Shown piece after piece: positions 61,501 through 64,000 of a stretch of DNA of 64,000 nucleotides. How positions within the stretch are numbered: position 1 is the stretch's first letter; each line of letters starts with the position of its first letter. Under the pieces are notes generated by a model. It made no database searches. It worked only from the letters and a program-made list of their open reading frames with translations, and was not told the DNA's origin. Made by a program: the position numbers and the translations under genes. Source of the DNA: Raja brachyura (lineage: Eukaryota); the NCBI GenBank assembly GCA_963514005.1, contig OY740805.1, positions 36,766,001 through 36,830,000 of the forward strand. Direction: 5' to 3'.

Positions 61501-64000
61501 TAGTGTTGTTTAGTGTAGTTTAGTGTAGTTTAGTCTAGTTTAGTTTAGTGTAGGTTAGTTTAGTATTGTGTAGTGTAGTTTGGTGTAGTTTAGTTTAGTT
61601 TAGTTTAGCATAGTTTAGTGTTGTTTACTTTACTTTAATGTAGTTTAGTTTAGTTTAGTGTAGTTTAGTGTCGTTTAGTTTAGTGTCGTTTTGCGTCGTC
61701 TGTTGTAGGTTAGTGTAGTTTAGTGTAGTTTAGTGTAGTTTAGTGCAGTATAGTTTGGAGTAGTTTGGTGTAGTTTAGTGTAGTTTAGTTTTGTGACGTT
61801 TAGTTTAGTGTAGTTTAATTTAGTGTAGTTTCGTTTAGTGTAGTTTATTGTAGTGTAGTTTAGTATACTTTAGTGTAATGTAGTTTAGTGTAGTTAAGTG
61901 TAGTTTGGTATACTTTAGTGTAGTTTAGTGGAGTTTAGTGTAGTTTGGTACAGTTTGGTATACTTCAATGTAGTTTAGTGTAGTTTAGTTTAGTGTAGTT
62001 TAGTTCAGTTTAGAGTTGTTTAGTGTAGGTTAGTGTAGTTTAGTTCAGTGTAGTTTAGTTTACTTTTGGTTATGTGAGTGCAATTTAGTTTATTGTAGTT
62101 TAGTTTATTGTAGTTTAGTTTAGTTTACTTTAGTGTAGATTGGTTTAGTTTTGATAATGTGAGTGTAGTTTAGATTATTGTAGTTCAGTTTAGTGTAGTT
62201 TAGTGCAGTTTAGTGTAGTTTAATGTAGTTTAGTTTAGTGTTGTTTATTGTAGTTTAGTTTAGTTTAGTGTTGTTTAATGTAGTTTAGTTTAGTTTACTG
62301 TAGTTTAGTGTAGTTTAGTGTAGTTTAGCATAGTTTAGTTTAGTTTAGTTTCCTGTAGTTTAGTGTAGTTGACTGTAGTTTAGTTTAGTGTCGTTAGTGT
62401 AGTTTGGTGTAGTTTAGTTTAGTGTAGATTATTGTAGTTTAGTTTAGTGAAGTTTAGTTTAGTGTAGTTTAGTTTAATTTTGTTTAGTTTAGATTAGTTA
62501 GTGTAGTTTAGTCTAGTTTACTGTAGTTTAGATTAGTTTAGTGTAGTTTAGTGTTGTTTAGTTGATTGTAGTTTAGTGTAATTTGGTCCAGTTTAGTGTA
62601 GTTTAGTGCAGTTTAGTTCAGTTTCGTGTAGTTTAGTGTAGTTTACTATAGTTTAGTTTAGTGTCATTTAGTTTAGTTTAGTGTAGTTTAGTGTAGTTTA
62701 ATGTAGTTTAGTTTAGTTTACTGTAGTTTAGTTTAGTTTAGTGTAGTTTTGTGAAGTTTAGTTTATAGTTTAGTGGAGTTTAGTTTAGTTTACTTTAGTG
62801 TAGTTTAGTGCAATTTTATGTAGTTTAGATTAGTTTAGTGTAGTGTAGTTTAGTTTAGTGTAGTTTAGTTTAGTTTAGTGCAGTTTAGTGCAGTATAGTT
62901 TGTTGTAGTTTAGTGTAGTTTAGTGTAGTTTAGTTTTGTGACGTTTAGTTTAGTGTAGTTTAGTGTAGTTTTGTTTAATGTAATTTATTGTAGTGTAGTT
63001 TAGTATACTTTAGTGTAATTTAGTTTAGTGTAGTTTAATGTAGTTTAGTGTAGTTAAGTGCAGTTTTGTATACTTTAGTGTTGGTTAGTGTAGTTTGGTG
63101 TAGTTTGGTGTAGTCTGGTATACTTCAGTGTGATTTAGTGTAGTTTAATTTAGTTTAGTGTAGTGTAGTTTAGTGTAACTTTAGTTTAGTCTAGTGTTGT
63201 TTAGTTTAGTTTAGTTTAGTTTAGTGCAGTTTAGTGTAGTTTAGTTTAGTTTAGTTTAGTTTAGAGTTGTTTTGTGTAGATTAGTGCAGTTTAGTTTATT
63301 GTAGTTTAGTTTAGTTTAGTGTAGATTAGTTTAGTTTTGGTAATGTGAGTGTAGTTTAGTTTAGTGTAGTTTAGTGTAGTTTAATGTAGTTTAGTTTAGT
63401 TTACTGTAGTTTAGTTTAGTTTAGTGTAGTTTTGTGAAGTTTAGTTTATAGTTTAGTGTCGTTTAGTGTAGTTTACTGTAGTTTAGTTTCGTTTACTTTA
63501 GTGTAGTTTAGTGCAATTTTATGTAGTTTAGTGTAGTGTAGTGTAGTTTAGTTTAGTGCGGTTTAGTTTAGTGCAGTATAGTTTGGTGTAGTTTAGTGTA
63601 GTTTAGTGTAGTGTAGTTTTGTGACGTTTAGTTTAGTGTAGTTTAGTGTAGTTTTGTTTAGTGTAATTTATTGTAGTGTAGTTTAGTATACTTTAGTGTA
63701 ATTTAGTTTAGTGTAGTTTAATGTAGTTTAGTGTAGTTAAGTGCAGTTTTGTATACTTTAGTGTTGTTTAGTGGAGTTTAGTGTAGTTTGGTGTAGTCTG
63801 GTATACTTCAGTGTGATTTAGTGTAGTTTAGTTTAGTTTAGTGTAGTTTAGTGTAACTTTAGTTTAGTCTAGTGTTGTTTAGTTTAGTTTAGTGTAGTTT
63901 AGTGTAGTTTAGTTTAGTTTAGTTTAGAGTTGTTTTGTGTAGATTAGTGTAGTGTAGTTTAGTTTATTGTAGTTTAGTTTAGTTTAGTGTAGTTTAGTTT
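55600..64000 (+). repeat. Long degenerate pentanucleotide satellite (TTTAG/TGTAG)n
   Basis: More than 8.4 kb of TTTAG/TGTAG/TGCAG units running to the window end, with recurrent variant blocks. Confidence 0.98.

Noticed and set aside
55600-64000. Telomeric repeat or CRISPR-like array
   Set aside because: The unit is pentameric TTTAG/TGTAG, not TTAGGG; there are no unique spacers, and the context is eukaryotic.

Overview
Eukaryotic genomic DNA, most likely from a cartilaginous fish (skate/ray/shark). This is inferred from the dense CR1, L2, Tx1/L1 and Penelope fragments and the tRNA-derived SINEs with (TAAAC)n tails. Hidden among the repeats on the minus strand is a tandem array of paired NKp30 (NCR3)-like immunoglobulin receptors built from VJ-type Ig exons. 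Gene A (about 21015->2016) is leader-V-V-V-neutral TM-two cytoplasmic exons, about 578 aa, with five ITIMs, three of them in a 75-bp tandem repeat, so it is predicted inhibitory. Gene B (about 44213->32709) is leader-V-V-TM containing a Lys, with a short ITIM-less tail, so it is predicted activating; its TM exon is not in the ORF track. The two genes share a near-identical ~12.8-kb block covering promoter, leader and the membrane-distal V domain, which is protein-identical. Gene B has lost the middle V exon by deletion. The last exon of a third paralog (C) lies at 54731-54820, and its upstream intron carries a >8-kb (TTTAG/TGTAG)n satellite running off the window. Other signals are splice-donor duplication in the stalk, an ETS-IRF element, a CTCF-like site between units and Penelope-type minimal hammerhead motifs. 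All exon structures are manual predictions from splice signals and phase consistency; no searches were run, and repeat boundaries are approximate.
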